Part shown: one piece after another, positions 10,034 through 20,047 of the stretch
Layout: every line of letters begins with the position of its first letter
How positions within the stretch are numbered: the first letter of the stretch is position 1
Source: an uncultured Acidimicrobiia bacterium
GTDB lineage: Bacteria > Actinomycetota > Acidimicrobiia > Spongiisociales > DATADW01
DNA: 64,000 bases
Direction of reading: 5' to 3'
Assembly (NCBI GenBank): GCA_963826825.1
Contig: CAWGYV010000016.1
Coordinates: forward strand, 131,117-195,116
Notes under the pieces: model-generated
What the model was told of the DNA's origin: nothing
Databases searched by the model: none
The model's input: only the letters and a program-made list of their open reading frames with translations
Program-made: the position numbers and the translations under genes

Positions 10034-10879
10034 ATGGGTCGCACCGCGTTCGTCCTCGGCGGCGGCGGACCGCTCGGCGCCTACGAGGTGGGGATGCTCC
10101 AGGCGCTCATCGAGCACGGGATCGCCGCCGACGTGGTCGTAGGGACCTCGATAGGGGCGATCAATGGTGCTGGCATCGCCGCCGATCCGTCCCTCGAGGG
10201 GGTCGCCAGGCTTCGATCGGTGTGGTTGAGCCTCGACGAGCAGGAGATGTTCGGTGGCGGGCTTTTCGCCACTGCCCTCAACGCTTTCCGTTCCCGCACC
10301 CACCTCTACTCGATAAGCCCGTTGCGAGTCATGCTCTCTGAATGGTTGCCGGAGCGATTCGAGGACCTGGTGGTCGAGTTCCAGTGCGTGGCGGCGTCGA
10401 TCGAGCGCTCCGCCGAGCAGTGGTTCAGCAGCGGGCCCCTCGTCGAGCCGATACTCGCCTCTTCGTCGGTGCCCGGCCTGTTCCCACCGGTCGAGATCGG
10501 CGGCGAGCACTACATAGACGGTGGGATCGTCAACAGCATCCCGGTGCGGCGAGCATTCGACCTGGGGGCAACGACCATCTATGTGCTCCAGGTGGGGCGG
10601 ATCGAGCGGAAGCTCACCGTGCCGCGTCTGCCATGGGAGGTGGCGCAAGTGGCGCTCGAGGTGGCGCGCCGGCACCGCTTCTTCGCAGACATGGCGTCGC
10701 TGCCGCCCGGCGTGGTGGCGCACGTCCTGCCAACCGGGGCGGTGGATCCTCCGGGCCAGCGCTTGCGGCAAATAGATCCTGGTCTGGCGGAACGTCGTTT
10801 CCAACTGGCGTACCAGGCATCGGCCGAGTACCTCGATCGTGCGGATGCCGGCGACATGCGGGGCTCGGTGGTGACATGA
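10034..10879 (+). CDS. patatin-like phospholipase
   Basis: GGGxxG (VLGGGGPLGA), GTSIG nucleophile and the DGG motif (HYIDGGIVN) are present. Confidence 0.8.
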   Translation: MGRTAFVLGGGGPLGAYEVGMLQALIEHGIAADVVVGTSIGAINGAGIAADPSLEGVARLRSVWLSLDEQEMFGGGLFATALNAFRSRTHLYSISPLRVMLSEWLPERFEDLVVEFQCVAASIERSAEQWFSSGPLVEPILASSSVPGLFPPVEIGGEHYIDGGIVNSIPVRRAFDLGATTIYVLQVGRIERKLTVPRLPWEVAQVALEVARRHRFFADMASLPPGVVAHVLPTGAVDPPGQRLRQIDPGLAERRFQLAYQASAEYLDRADAGDMRGSVVT

Positions 10880-10904
10880 CCTTCTTGGGAAGCGGAGACG
10901 TGGA

Positions 10905-11501
10905 ATGACCAGTCCCTCCGATGGGGAGCTGCTTGCGGCGACCGTGCGTGGCGATGCGGATGCATACGCCACGCTCTTCCGTCGTCATGTCGGCGCGGTG
11001 ACGGGGTTCGCCCTCCGCCGGGTGCGCAACGCGCACGAAGCGGCCGATCTCGTTGGCGACACCTTCCTGGTTGCACTCGAGGCGGCGCCCCGCTACCGCG
11101 AGGAGCTTCCCACGGCTCTGCCCTGGCTGCTTGGGATCGCCAGAAGGCTGTGGATGGGCCAGATGCGGCGCGACCACCGGATGGAGAGGCTGAGATCGCG
11201 GGTCGGAGGATCGATGCCGCACTTTCACTTGGCCGAGGAAGACGACGTGGTGGCAGCGATAGACGCCTCCCGACAACGACCCGAGATCGAGGCCGCCCTT
11301 GAAATGCTGTCGTGTGGTGAGAGGGACGTGCTCGAGTTGGTTGCGCTGCACGGTCTCAGCCCACAAGAGGCCGCTATAGCGCTGGAGGTGAGCGCCAACG
11401 CCGCTCGGCTCCGGCTCAGCAGGGCGCGGAGGAGGATGCGCTCCATGATCGGCAGCGTTCATCCACCGCTCGAGTGGGCTATGGAGGCAGAGCTTGCCTG
11501 A
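10905..11501 (+). CDS. ECF (sigma-70 family) RNA polymerase sigma factor
   Basis: 198 aa. Region 2 (DADAYATLFRRHVGAVTGFALRRVRNAHEAADLVGDTFL) and region 4 (DVLELVALHGLSPQEAAIALEVSANAARLRLSRARRRMR) are present. Confidence 0.8.
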   Translation: MTSPSDGELLAATVRGDADAYATLFRRHVGAVTGFALRRVRNAHEAADLVGDTFLVALEAAPRYREELPTALPWLLGIARRLWMGQMRRDHRMERLRSRVGGSMPHFHLAEEDDVVAAIDASRQRPEIEAALEMLSCGERDVLELVALHGLSPQEAAIALEVSANAARLRLSRARRRMRSMIGSVHPPLEWAMEAELA

Positions 11502-11904
11502 GCTCACACCCCCCAGGGTGCCGTCCACGCCCCGGTTCAGGAACGAGATCGAGGCGATGCTCCGGACAGCCGTCGTCGAGACCCACGGCCACTCCTCCGG
11601 TGTCCAGCAATCATCGGCCCGCCGCTGGCAGGTCCGGGTCCTCTCGCCGGTGGCTGCCGTGTTTGCTCTTGTCCTGCTGGCGACACCGATGATGTTGCGC
11701 ACCGCCAACGTGGCGGCCACCCCGGAGACGGTCGCCGTCAGCAACCTCAGCCCTTCTACTCCAGAGGTGACGCTCCAACCGGTCGATGCCGGACCTGTGG
11801 AGCTTGGAGCGATCTCGCCGGGGAGGATGCTGGTAGACGGTCATCGTGACCCGCACCGGGCGGGCTTTCCGGGGCGACTCCTCCCCGGGATCGGATATCG
11901 CTGA
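11494..11904 (+). CDS. candidate anti-sigma factor with a single TM helix, coupled to the ECF sigma gene
   Basis: It overlaps the sigma gene stop. The predicted start is TTG. A central hydrophobic helix (VAAVFALVLLATPMML) follows a cytoplasmic N-terminus. The call rests on position and topology. Confidence 0.4.
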   Translation: MPELTPPRVPSTPRFRNEIEAMLRTAVVETHGHSSGVQQSSARRWQVRVLSPVAAVFALVLLATPMMLRTANVAATPETVAVSNLSPSTPEVTLQPVDAGPVELGAISPGRMLVDGHRDPHRAGFPGRLLPGIGYR

Positions 11905-12072
11905 CATGCCGGGCCTCTTGGGGGCATGAACCGGTCAAGCAGGCGACGGCGCCGCCCGCACCAACGGCGCCGTCGCCCCGGATCGGACCCGGCCGGGGCC
12001 ACACATGTGTCGACTCCCCACTTCCCGGCCCCATCCGGGTCCGGCATCCATCCCGCTGCGGGGGCGGCGGAC

Positions 12073-15000
12073 TCATTCGCCTCCGATGGCGTAGACCATC
12101 CCATCGAGGCTCACCACATAGACGATATGGTCGATGACAGCCGGAGCCGCCCGGACCGGGCCTCCGGTCTGCCACGTCCAAAGGGTCTCACCGGTTTCGG
12201 CATCGACCGCGTACAGATTCCCGTCGTCCGAGCCGGCGTAGACGACATCACCTGCCACAGTCACCGCGCCAAACTGTTCCCCGGCTTGGACCACCTCATC
12301 CCAGATGCCTGTATTGGTGGCGAGGTCAATCGCATAGAGGAACGTCCCCTCACCGATGTACATCACGTTGTCGCGGATTGCCGGAGCGGATAGAACCGGT
12401 CTCTCCCGAAGGAGCGATGGGGGTCTGCCGGCGACCAGGCCGTTGCAGACCCCGACCGGGAACATGTACACCTGACTGCCGGTGTTGGAGACGTAGACCA
12501 CCTCATCTGAGATGATCGGGTTGACCTCGATGGGTGCATCGGTCTCCCGGCGGCAAATCTCCTCTCCGGTGGCGGTGTCGATCAGGATGACATTGCCGGT
12601 CGGATCGCTAGTTGCTACGTAGAGCACGCCATCGTGGAGGGCGAGATCGGCGCTGCACCGGCCCCACTGTCCCTCGTCTGGGGAACCGCCACAGCTCAGA
12701 TCCGGTCCCAAGATCAAGAGCGTGCACTGAGCCGTCGCTGGTCGCCGCGTAGACGACACCGTCGGCCACGGCGGGCGACGACCGGATCCGCTCGCCTAGT
12801 GGCACCGCCCAGCGCTCGGTGACCCTGTCGGGAAGTGCCTCGCGGGCGCGCACGATCCCGTCGTCACCGGCTACCACCACGATTGCCGGTGACGCGGCAT
12901 CGGCGGTCTCGATGGTTCCGATGGCGGGGGCTGTGTGTATCGGCCCATCCGCCAGCAGCCGCCAGATGACGCCGCCGGTTCTCTGGTGGAGACCGTAAAG
13001 GGTGCTGTCGTTGCCGGCGACGAGGAGCATGCTCCCGTATGCCACCGGTGCCGCATCAATCGGTTGCTGCGTGGGACGCACCCAGTACTGGCCCAGGGCG
13101 GAGCTGACCGGCTCGGCATCGAAAGCGCCGGTACGGTCGTTCCCCGCCCGGTGCTCTGCGGTCCCGGTGAAGAAGTCGCGTTCCGTCACCTCGGGAAGGA
13201 CCGTTTCCTCGAGGGCGAGGGGAATGGTGGTGGTTGGAGCGGGAGCAGTGGTGGTCGTGGGACCCGGATCGGTGAGACGATCAACCGCCACCGAGGCGGC
13301 ACCCGCCACAACGACGACACCCACCGCAGCGGCGATGACCATGGGCCAGCGCCGGCGGACGGTGCGACGGGGACCGACCAATCCCCTAGCTCGCCTCTGG
13401 GCCGGGCTGAGCACGGTTTCGACACCCGCAAGGCCCGATGCGGCCAGGATCCGGTCAAGGGCTTCATCGTGGTCGGCAGCCGCCACTGCCTCGTCATCCG
13501 GTGGGGGAGCGGACAATGCCGGTTCGACCACGGGGAGCGTCTCCCACTGAGGACGCCAATCAGCCGGCACGGAGGTGGCCATCCGCTGTACCGAGCGGAT
13601 GGCAGGGGCGGCGGCGGGCTTGCCCCATAGATGCCCTGCGGTTGCCGCCCGGGCTGCACCCATCGGGTTGCCGGTTTCGACTGCCAGGCCGAGGGCGGCA
13701 GCCGCAATCTCGTCGTCCTTCTCGTGGATGGCGCGGGCACACATCAGGTCGATGGCCCAGTGATAGAGCTTCGAGTGGAGCATTTGGTCGGCGAGATCGG
13801 CTGCCTCCTGAGCGGGCCATGGGCTCCCCAGCGAGGTCTGGATCTCCATCTGAAGGGCACGGCAACGCGCCCGCCAACGCGACCCGTTTGCACCGGGTGG
13901 GCAGGCGGCGAGAGCGGCGTCGATCTCGGTCGAGGCCTCGTCGACCTGGCCAAGCCCCCGCAGGGATTGGGCGCGCAGGGCCCGTGCAACGTTCTCCCAA
14001 GCAGTCAACCTGCGCTCGACGAGATCGAGGACCCGATTGGAAGCTGTCAGCCCCTCTTCATACCGGTTGGAGGCGATCGCCGCCTCCGCCCTGGCAATCT
14101 CGGAGAGGAAGACCGGCGCCTCGACATTGGCGCTCCCGGCGAGCTCCTCGGCGCGCTCCAGGGCGGCAAGACCCTCGTCCACCAGCCCTGTCGCCAGCAG
14201 AGCCCTCCCCCAGCAAGCCTCCTTGTCTGCCTGCGACGCCTCCGACTCGCTCGCCATTGCCTCGTCACGGAGCCGGGCGAACTCCCGTTCCGCAAGGGCG
14301 AATTCCCCATGGTCGAGGGCAATCCAACCTCGGTTGACCGCGGAGTAGTACCGCTGTACCGGTGTGGCCGACTGTTCGAGAAGGACGTCGGCGCGGTCGA
14401 GCATGGTCTCTGCCTCGGCGGAGAAACCGATCCGATCGACTTGGTGGGCCCGCAGGGTCGAAGAGCGAACCGAGCTTGGCGGTCTCGCCCAGTCGGCTCG
14501 CCTCCCAACAGGCGATTGCGGATATCCGCTCAGCCTCCTGCGGCATCTGGCGGTCACCGGCAACCGCCGACTCGAAACCGAGAGCGTCGATCCGATCGAC
14601 CCCATGGAGCAGCCGAGTGGCGGTCACCAGGTGATCGGAGGCCCGCTCCGAGAGCCCGGCCCAGTGAAGGAAGCGACCACAGATGAGGTGCAAACGCCCA
14701 GTGGTCTCCGGGTCGGTCATGTCGGCGGCCGGCTGCGCCCCGAGGGCGGTCTCGGCGAGGTGGTACGCCTCTCCTGCCGCCCGATGCTGGTTGGCTTCGA
14801 TGGCGGCGGCCGCCAGCCGAGAAAAGGCAGGACCAGGGTGACCTGCGTCGAGGTGGTGGTAACCGATGACCCCGGCGTCGCCACCTGCCGCCTCCACCAC
14901 CGAGGCGAGACGGGCCGCCTCGTGACCCCGTCTGCTCTCGCCGATGGTCAGGGGCCCGGCTGAGGGGGAGTAGATGAACCCGCCCCGCAGTTCGAGGAGC

Positions 15001-15626
15001 CAGCCTGCGGAGGAGGCGGCCTCGGCAACGCCGAGCGCCTCGGTCTCACCGAGCGAGAGGATGACGGCGGCCTCCTCCACGGTGATGGGCTCCCCGGCCA
15101 TCGACGCGGTAGTCACCAGTTCTCGGCCCGCCTCATCGAGCTCATCGAGGGAGCGGTCAGGAACATCTTCGGCACCGGTGGTCTCGATCAGGACTCCGTG
15201 GTCCCTGGCGGCTGCCGCAATGGATTCGAGCCACCAACGGTCGAGTTCGTCCGGTGGGCGGTGGGCTATGACGATCAACCGGACACCGTCGGGGCGGGTG
15301 ATGAGATGGCGGAGTAACCCGAGCGAGGTCGGGTCGGCCCACTGTGCCTCCTCGAGAAGTACTGCCTGCGGCCTCCCACCGGCGGCTAGCGACGAGGCAT
15401 CGATCCCCAATTCGACGGCGATGGCCCCGGGCCGCGATCTGGCCGGCTCACGGCCGGCGGTCCTCCTGAGACCGATCAACCCCGCCTGTCCGATGGCCTC
15501 CACCACAGGGCCGGCGGCGCCGATCGGGGATTGTGCGAGCACGACGACAACCCCAGGGGCAGCCGATTCCAACGCGTCTGTGAGATGCAGGTCGCGAGAA
15601 GGTTCGCCGGTCACGTCGATGGTCAT
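12073..15626 (-). pseudogene. large regulator-like gene: degenerate NTPase/AAA-like domain, TPR-like region, TM helix and extracytoplasmic PQQ-type beta-propeller, broken into three ORFs by two frame disruptions near 14455 and 12700
   Basis: Three consecutive ORFs lie in different frames (15626-14265, 14605-12608, 12759-12073). Each loses protein-like composition exactly where the next gains it. Motifs include LLEEAQWADPTSLGLLRHL, a TM at MVIAAAVGVVVVAGAASVAV, and PQQ repeats (ALDLGTGSELWRF ... VYAVDAETGETLWTW). Confidence 0.5.
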
Positions 15627-15675
15627 TCACCCACTCTCCCGTTGCAGAAGCAAGCTTACGGCGGGGCGGCGCCGA

Positions 15676-16392
15676 TCAGTCGGTCTTCAACGGTTCAATA
15701 TCGTCGGTTGAGTCATCACCGCTGCGGCGCTCCACCAGACGCCGGACGACCTCGATGAGCAGCGCCAGCACCAGTGCTGCTCCGAACGCCAACAGGAAGG
15801 CGACGGTGTGGTTGTCCTGGAAACGTTCCCCGAAGTAGTAGCCGAGCAAGGCGCCATAGCTCGCCCAAAGGAGGCCGGCGAGAGCCACCCAGGCGGCGAA
15901 CGGTCCTCTGAGCTGTCTGGTTAGCCCTGACGCCAATGTGACTGCGCTGCGGCCGCCTGGGACGAAGCGTGCCGTCACCAGCAGCGGCCCACCCCGTTTG
16001 CTCAAGTGGTGAGACGCCCAATCGATCCTGGACTGCATCTTTTCGGAGGCCCGCCTGGTGACCCACGACGAGCCAGACCGCCCGATTTGATATGCGATGT
16101 TGTCCCCGAGGAATGCGCCTATCGCGCCGGCGGCGATGATGATCCACAGGGTCTGTTCTCCGTAACCGGCGGCTACTCCGCCCGTGATGACCGCGGTCTC
16201 GCTGGGGACGACCGGGAAGATGGCATCGAGCAGCGCTATGGCGAGCACTAGGAAGGGGAACCAGCTTGCGCTGGCGAGCGATTCGATCCACCCGATCAGA
16301 TCTTCGAACAAACCGCCGCCTCCAGGGTGCGCCGACGGTACCTGCGCCGCCGAGTTCAGCGGAGGGGTCGGAGACGCCGATCCCAGTACCAT
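15676..16392 (-). CDS. DedA / SNARE-associated (TVP38) family membrane protein
   Basis: The family core motifs are present (LDAIFPVVPSETAVITGGVAAG ... GRSAVTLASG). The true start may lie at an internal initiator. Confidence 0.7.
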   Translation of the reverse strand: MVLGSASPTPPLNSAAQVPSAHPGGGGLFEDLIGWIESLASASWFPFLVLAIALLDAIFPVVPSETAVITGGVAAGYGEQTLWIIIAAGAIGAFLGDNIAYQIGRSGSSWVTRRASEKMQSRIDWASHHLSKRGGPLLVTARFVPGGRSAVTLASGLTRQLRGPFAAWVALAGLLWASYGALLGYYFGERFQDNHTVAFLLAFGAALVLALLIEVVRRLVERRSGDDSTDDIEPLKTD

Positions 16393-16422
16393 CGCAGGCG
16401 AAATGCGGATCGATGGTGGCGG

Positions 16423-17373
16423 GTGAGTGGTTGGCGGGCTGCCCTTGTAGCCGCAATCGTCGGCGGTCTGGTCCTACTTGCCGGATGGGCGATACCTCGC
16501 ATCACCGCTCCAGGCAACGGCACCACCACCACCGCAACCGGCCCGCCGGCGACAGCAGACGTCACCCTGGCCTGCCCACTATCGCTGCGCCCGGCGTGCG
16601 ATTCGCTCGGCGAGGAAGTAGGCGCTGCTGTGCGCACCTGGACCGCGGGTGACCCCATATCCGAGGACGAGGTGCTGGTGGCGCCTCCCGGAGATCTCCC
16701 CGACGGGCTGGCCAGTGCAGGTGAGCTCGCCAGATCGCCTGTCGCCGTGGCGGTATGGCTGGAGCGGGCGAATGTGCTCTCGTCGGGCTGCGGCGGAGAT
16801 CCCGACCTCGCCTGTGTGGAAGGAGCGCTCGGTCAGCAATGGTCGGACCTGGGGGGCAGCGACAGTTGGGGGATATTCAAGCTGGGGCTGGCCGACCCAA
16901 CTCTCACCGAGGCGGGCTTGGCAGCCTGGAGCGCCCTGGCTGGGGACGGGACCCCTGAAGGGCTGGCCGAAAGCCTCCGTCTGGTCGCCAGCGATGACGG
17001 CCGGCTGATGGCCGACATGGTGCTGTTCGGGCCGAGCCGGGCCGATGCCGCGGTGACCACCGAGGTTGCCATCGCCTCGCAACTGGCCAATGCGCCGGGT
17101 CGCGGCGGCCGGTTGGAGGTCACCTACCCCGACCCGGCTCCCTGGGTGAGTTACGTTGTGGCGCCTGGGGGAGGGTCCGATGCCCGGCGGACCGCCGAGC
17201 GCCTGCTCGAACCGGACATCGCCTCATTGCTCGGGCCGGCCGGGCTCCGACCCCCAGCCGGCGATCCTGGTGAGCTGCCCGAGGGCCTGGGACAACCAGG
17301 CGTCCAGTCGCCGCCACTCGACGACGCCACCAGCCAGACGCTTCTCGACAGCTGGCGCGACCTGACACAATGA
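16423..17373 (+). CDS. membrane-anchored secreted protein with a periplasmic-binding-protein-like domain, paralogous to the N-terminus of the next gene
   Basis: A GTG start is proposed at 16423, giving a signal anchor (SGWRAALVAAIVGGLVLLAGWAIP). The longer ORF call overlaps DedA. The protein shares segments with 17381..19162 (SDSWGIFKLGLADPTLTEAGLAAWSALAG versus WGPFRLGKTNPNFSTSGLSATVATFYGATG). Confidence 0.5.
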   Translation: MSGWRAALVAAIVGGLVLLAGWAIPRITAPGNGTTTTATGPPATADVTLACPLSLRPACDSLGEEVGAAVRTWTAGDPISEDEVLVAPPGDLPDGLASAGELARSPVAVAVWLERANVLSSGCGGDPDLACVEGALGQQWSDLGGSDSWGIFKLGLADPTLTEAGLAAWSALAGDGTPEGLAESLRLVASDDGRLMADMVLFGPSRADAAVTTEVAIASQLANAPGRGGRLEVTYPDPAPWVSYVVAPGGGSDARRTAERLLEPDIASLLGPAGLRPPAGDPGELPEGLGQPGVQSPPLDDATSQTLLDSWRDLTQ

Positions 17374-17380
17374 CAGGCAC

Positions 17381-19162
17381 ATGAAGTCATCAACTCTTGG
17401 GTCGCTCCTCGTCGGTCTGCTGCTGATTGGCGCTTGTACCGCCGACTCCAGCGACACCACCATCGCAGGAGGCGTCCCGACCGTCGCCGCCGGGTGCGTC
17501 GAGGTTCCGGTCGCCACCTCACCGGAGAAGTTCACGCTGCTCACCGATCTCGCCGCCGAGTTCAACGCAACAGGGTTCGAGGTGGACGGGCAATGTGCAT
17601 CCGTCACCGTGTACCGGGTCTCCTCGGGAGTGGCGGCAAACCTCCTCTCGGCCGGGTGGCCCGAGGGGATCCCCGAGGGACCGCAGCCAGTGCTGTGGAG
17701 CCCGGCCGCCTCGAGTTGGGGCTCGATCGTCAACCAGAGATTGAGCGAGGCCGACCAGGAGCCGATTGCCAACGACTTCGAGCGGATCATGCTCACCCCG
17801 CTGGTTCTCGGCATGCCCCGGCCGATGGCCGAGGCACTCGGCTGGCCGGAGGCCGAGATCGGTTGGGGCGATGTCCTCGAATTGTCCAGAGACCCCGATG
17901 GCTGGGGTGCGTTCGGCCACCCGGAGTGGGGACCGTTCCGTCTCGGCAAGACCAACCCCAACTTCTCGACATCGGGCTTGTCGGCCACCGTTGCCACCTT
18001 CTACGGGGCCACCGGAAAGACCTCGGGACTCACCCTCGACGACGTCGGTTCGGCCCCGGTGAGGGAGTTCGTCACCGGCGTCGAGGAGGCCGTCGTCCAC
18101 TATGGGGACACCACCCTCACCTTCCTCGACAACATGCTGCGCGAGGACCTGGCGGGAAGGCCGCTGACCTACGTGTCGGCGGTCGCCGTCGAGGAGGTCA
18201 GCATCCTCGCCTACAACCGTGGCGATCCGGCCGACACAGGTGACGAAGGCCTCGAGCCGCCCAATGTGCCGCTGGTGGCGGTCTACCCGAAGGAGGGCAC
18301 GCTCTTCTCGGACAACCCGGCGTACGTGCTCGATGCTCCCTGGGTGACCGACGTGCAGCGTGAGGCCGCCCTCGCATTCCGCCAATCCGTGGTCGAGGAC
18401 CCGGAGAACCAGGCGAAGGTGCTCGAGTTCGGCTTCCGTCCAGGGAATCCCGCTGTTCCTGTGGGCGACCCGATCAACAGCGCCAACGGCCTCAATCCGT
18501 CGCAGCCCGAAACCGAGCTCGAGCTTCCCGCCCCCGAGGTGCTGGTCGGGCTGATCGACAGCTGGGAGCAATACCGCAAGAGGGCGCGTGTCATCATGCT
18601 GCTCGACGTGAGCGGTTCGATGGGCGACCTGGGCGGCGAGGGGTTCACCAAGCTCGACTTGGCGAAGGAGGCGGTCCTGGGGAGCCTCGACGAGTTCCAG
18701 CCGCAGGACGAGGTGGGGCTATGGGTGTTCTCAACCGTCATCGATGGGGAGCGTGACTACGTCGAACTGGTCCCACCGGGTCCGCTGCGCGAAACGCGGG
18801 GTGAGATCGAGCAGTCCGTGCAATCGCTCATCGCCGACGGCGGAACCGGTCTCTACGACTCCACCGCGGCGACTGTGCAGGCCGTGCGTGACGGGCTCGA
18901 CCCGAGCAAGATCAACGCCGTGGTCCTCCTCAGCGACGGGATGTGCGAAGACGACCCTCCCGGCTGCGAACTCGATCCGCTCCTCGATTTCCTCAGTTCG
19001 AGCGAACGGGAGACGGTGAGGGTCTTCCCGGTGGCATACGGCGAGGACGCCGACGTGGAAGCACTCCAGGCTATCGCCGACGCGACGTCGGCCCGCCTCT
19101 ACCTGGCCACCGACCCGCTCACCATCGAGCGTGTCTTCCAGTCGGTCATCTCGAACTTTTGA
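17381..19162 (+). CDS. lipoprotein with an N-terminal binding-protein-like domain and a C-terminal von Willebrand factor A domain
   Basis: The lipoprotein signal is MKSSTLGSLLVGLLLIGACTAD. The vWA region has ARVIMLLDVSGSMGD (MIDAS DxSxS) ... GGTGLYDSTAAT ... AVVLLSDG. Confidence 0.7.
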   Translation: MKSSTLGSLLVGLLLIGACTADSSDTTIAGGVPTVAAGCVEVPVATSPEKFTLLTDLAAEFNATGFEVDGQCASVTVYRVSSGVAANLLSAGWPEGIPEGPQPVLWSPAASSWGSIVNQRLSEADQEPIANDFERIMLTPLVLGMPRPMAEALGWPEAEIGWGDVLELSRDPDGWGAFGHPEWGPFRLGKTNPNFSTSGLSATVATFYGATGKTSGLTLDDVGSAPVREFVTGVEEAVVHYGDTTLTFLDNMLREDLAGRPLTYVSAVAVEEVSILAYNRGDPADTGDEGLEPPNVPLVAVYPKEGTLFSDNPAYVLDAPWVTDVQREAALAFRQSVVEDPENQAKVLEFGFRPGNPAVPVGDPINSANGLNPSQPETELELPAPEVLVGLIDSWEQYRKRARVIMLLDVSGSMGDLGGEGFTKLDLAKEAVLGSLDEFQPQDEVGLWVFSTVIDGERDYVELVPPGPLRETRGEIEQSVQSLIADGGTGLYDSTAATVQAVRDGLDPSKINAVVLLSDGMCEDDPPGCELDPLLDFLSSSERETVRVFPVAYGEDADVEALQAIADATSARLYLATDPLTIERVFQSVISNF

Positions 19163-19929
19163 GCGAGCGCTTCTCCACCGTCGTCCGCAACGACCCCCGG
19201 GTGCGCCGGGGGAGGATCCTGGCCAAGGCGACGGTTTCACCCGCCGGTCTGGTCACCGGAGGCGCGCTCGCTGCACTCGGGCTGTTGACGGGTTTGGTGA
19301 CTCTGCCCTGGGCGATCGGCGCCGGTATCGCGGCATGGATCACATCGGTGATCCTCCACCTCCGCGACCCCAAGCTGGTCGGTTCGCTCCTGGCCCCGCA
19401 GTTCGACCGCGACCTGAGCGTCTTGGACGAGGAGCACCTCCGCTATATGGCGTCGGCGCTGGCGGCACGCGACCGGTTGGGAGAAGCGACCAGTGACCTT
19501 CCGGGCGACACCGGGATCGCCGGGATGAAGGTCCGTGTCGACGACGTGTGCCGTCAGCTATACGACTCGGTGTTGTGGTCGCAGAAGGCCGACGAATTCC
19601 TCGACACGGTCGGCGCCCAGGCCCTCGACCAGCGTCTCGAGGCAATCGACCCCCAATCGGCGGTGGCCGCCGAACTGCGCGAGCAAATGGAGGTGGTCGA
19701 GACTGTGCGGCGGCGGCGAAATGAGACATTGGCTCAGGTGGCGAGCACGATCACCGGGATCGACACGCTGGCGGTCAAGACCGCGGGACTGGCGCTGGGC
19801 GCACCGGGGAGTGGAGCGGAGCAGCGGGCTTCCGAGCAGGTCAAGGTGCTCAGAGAGGACCTGGACAGTTATCTCGATGGGTTGGTCGAGATCGAGCGCA
19901 GCCTGCGGGAGTCGCTTCCCGGCCAGTAG
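19159..19929 (+). CDS. hypothetical membrane protein with a TM hairpin followed by a coiled-coil
   Basis: A TTGA overlap with the upstream stop suggests a TTG start at 19159; an alternative is GTG at 19201. Two adjacent hydrophobic helices (GLVTGGALAALGLLTGLVTLPWAIGAGIAAWITSVIL) are followed by a helical, charged C-terminus. Confidence 0.45.
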   Translation: MSERFSTVVRNDPRVRRGRILAKATVSPAGLVTGGALAALGLLTGLVTLPWAIGAGIAAWITSVILHLRDPKLVGSLLAPQFDRDLSVLDEEHLRYMASALAARDRLGEATSDLPGDTGIAGMKVRVDDVCRQLYDSVLWSQKADEFLDTVGAQALDQRLEAIDPQSAVAAELREQMEVVETVRRRRNETLAQVASTITGIDTLAVKTAGLALGAPGSGAEQRASEQVKVLREDLDSYLDGLVEIERSLRESLPGQ

Positions 19930-20047
19930 CCGGATCTCTTAGTAACGCAGAAGAACGCCTGCCATACGTTGGATGCACGTTCCCGGCGTCGGCGTCCTAA
20001 CATCCTATAGAGTGCCGGATCGGATCGAATTTCCACGGGAGGTCAGG

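Noticed and set aside
9887-10972. Upstream 362 codons of the 857-aa minus-strand ORF call
   Set aside because: It is antisense to the well-supported patatin gene (10034-10879). The composition is Arg/His/Pro-rich with no domains. A clean ATG with RBS at 9886 begins the recognisable kinase domain.
19930-20047. Possible TPP or other riboswitch upstream of the ThiY/SsuA-like ABC operon
   Set aside because: I could not find the conserved CUGAGA / ACCUGAUCUGGAUAAUGCCAGCG-type TPP elements. The stretch is just a relatively AT-rich, promoter-like 120 nt.
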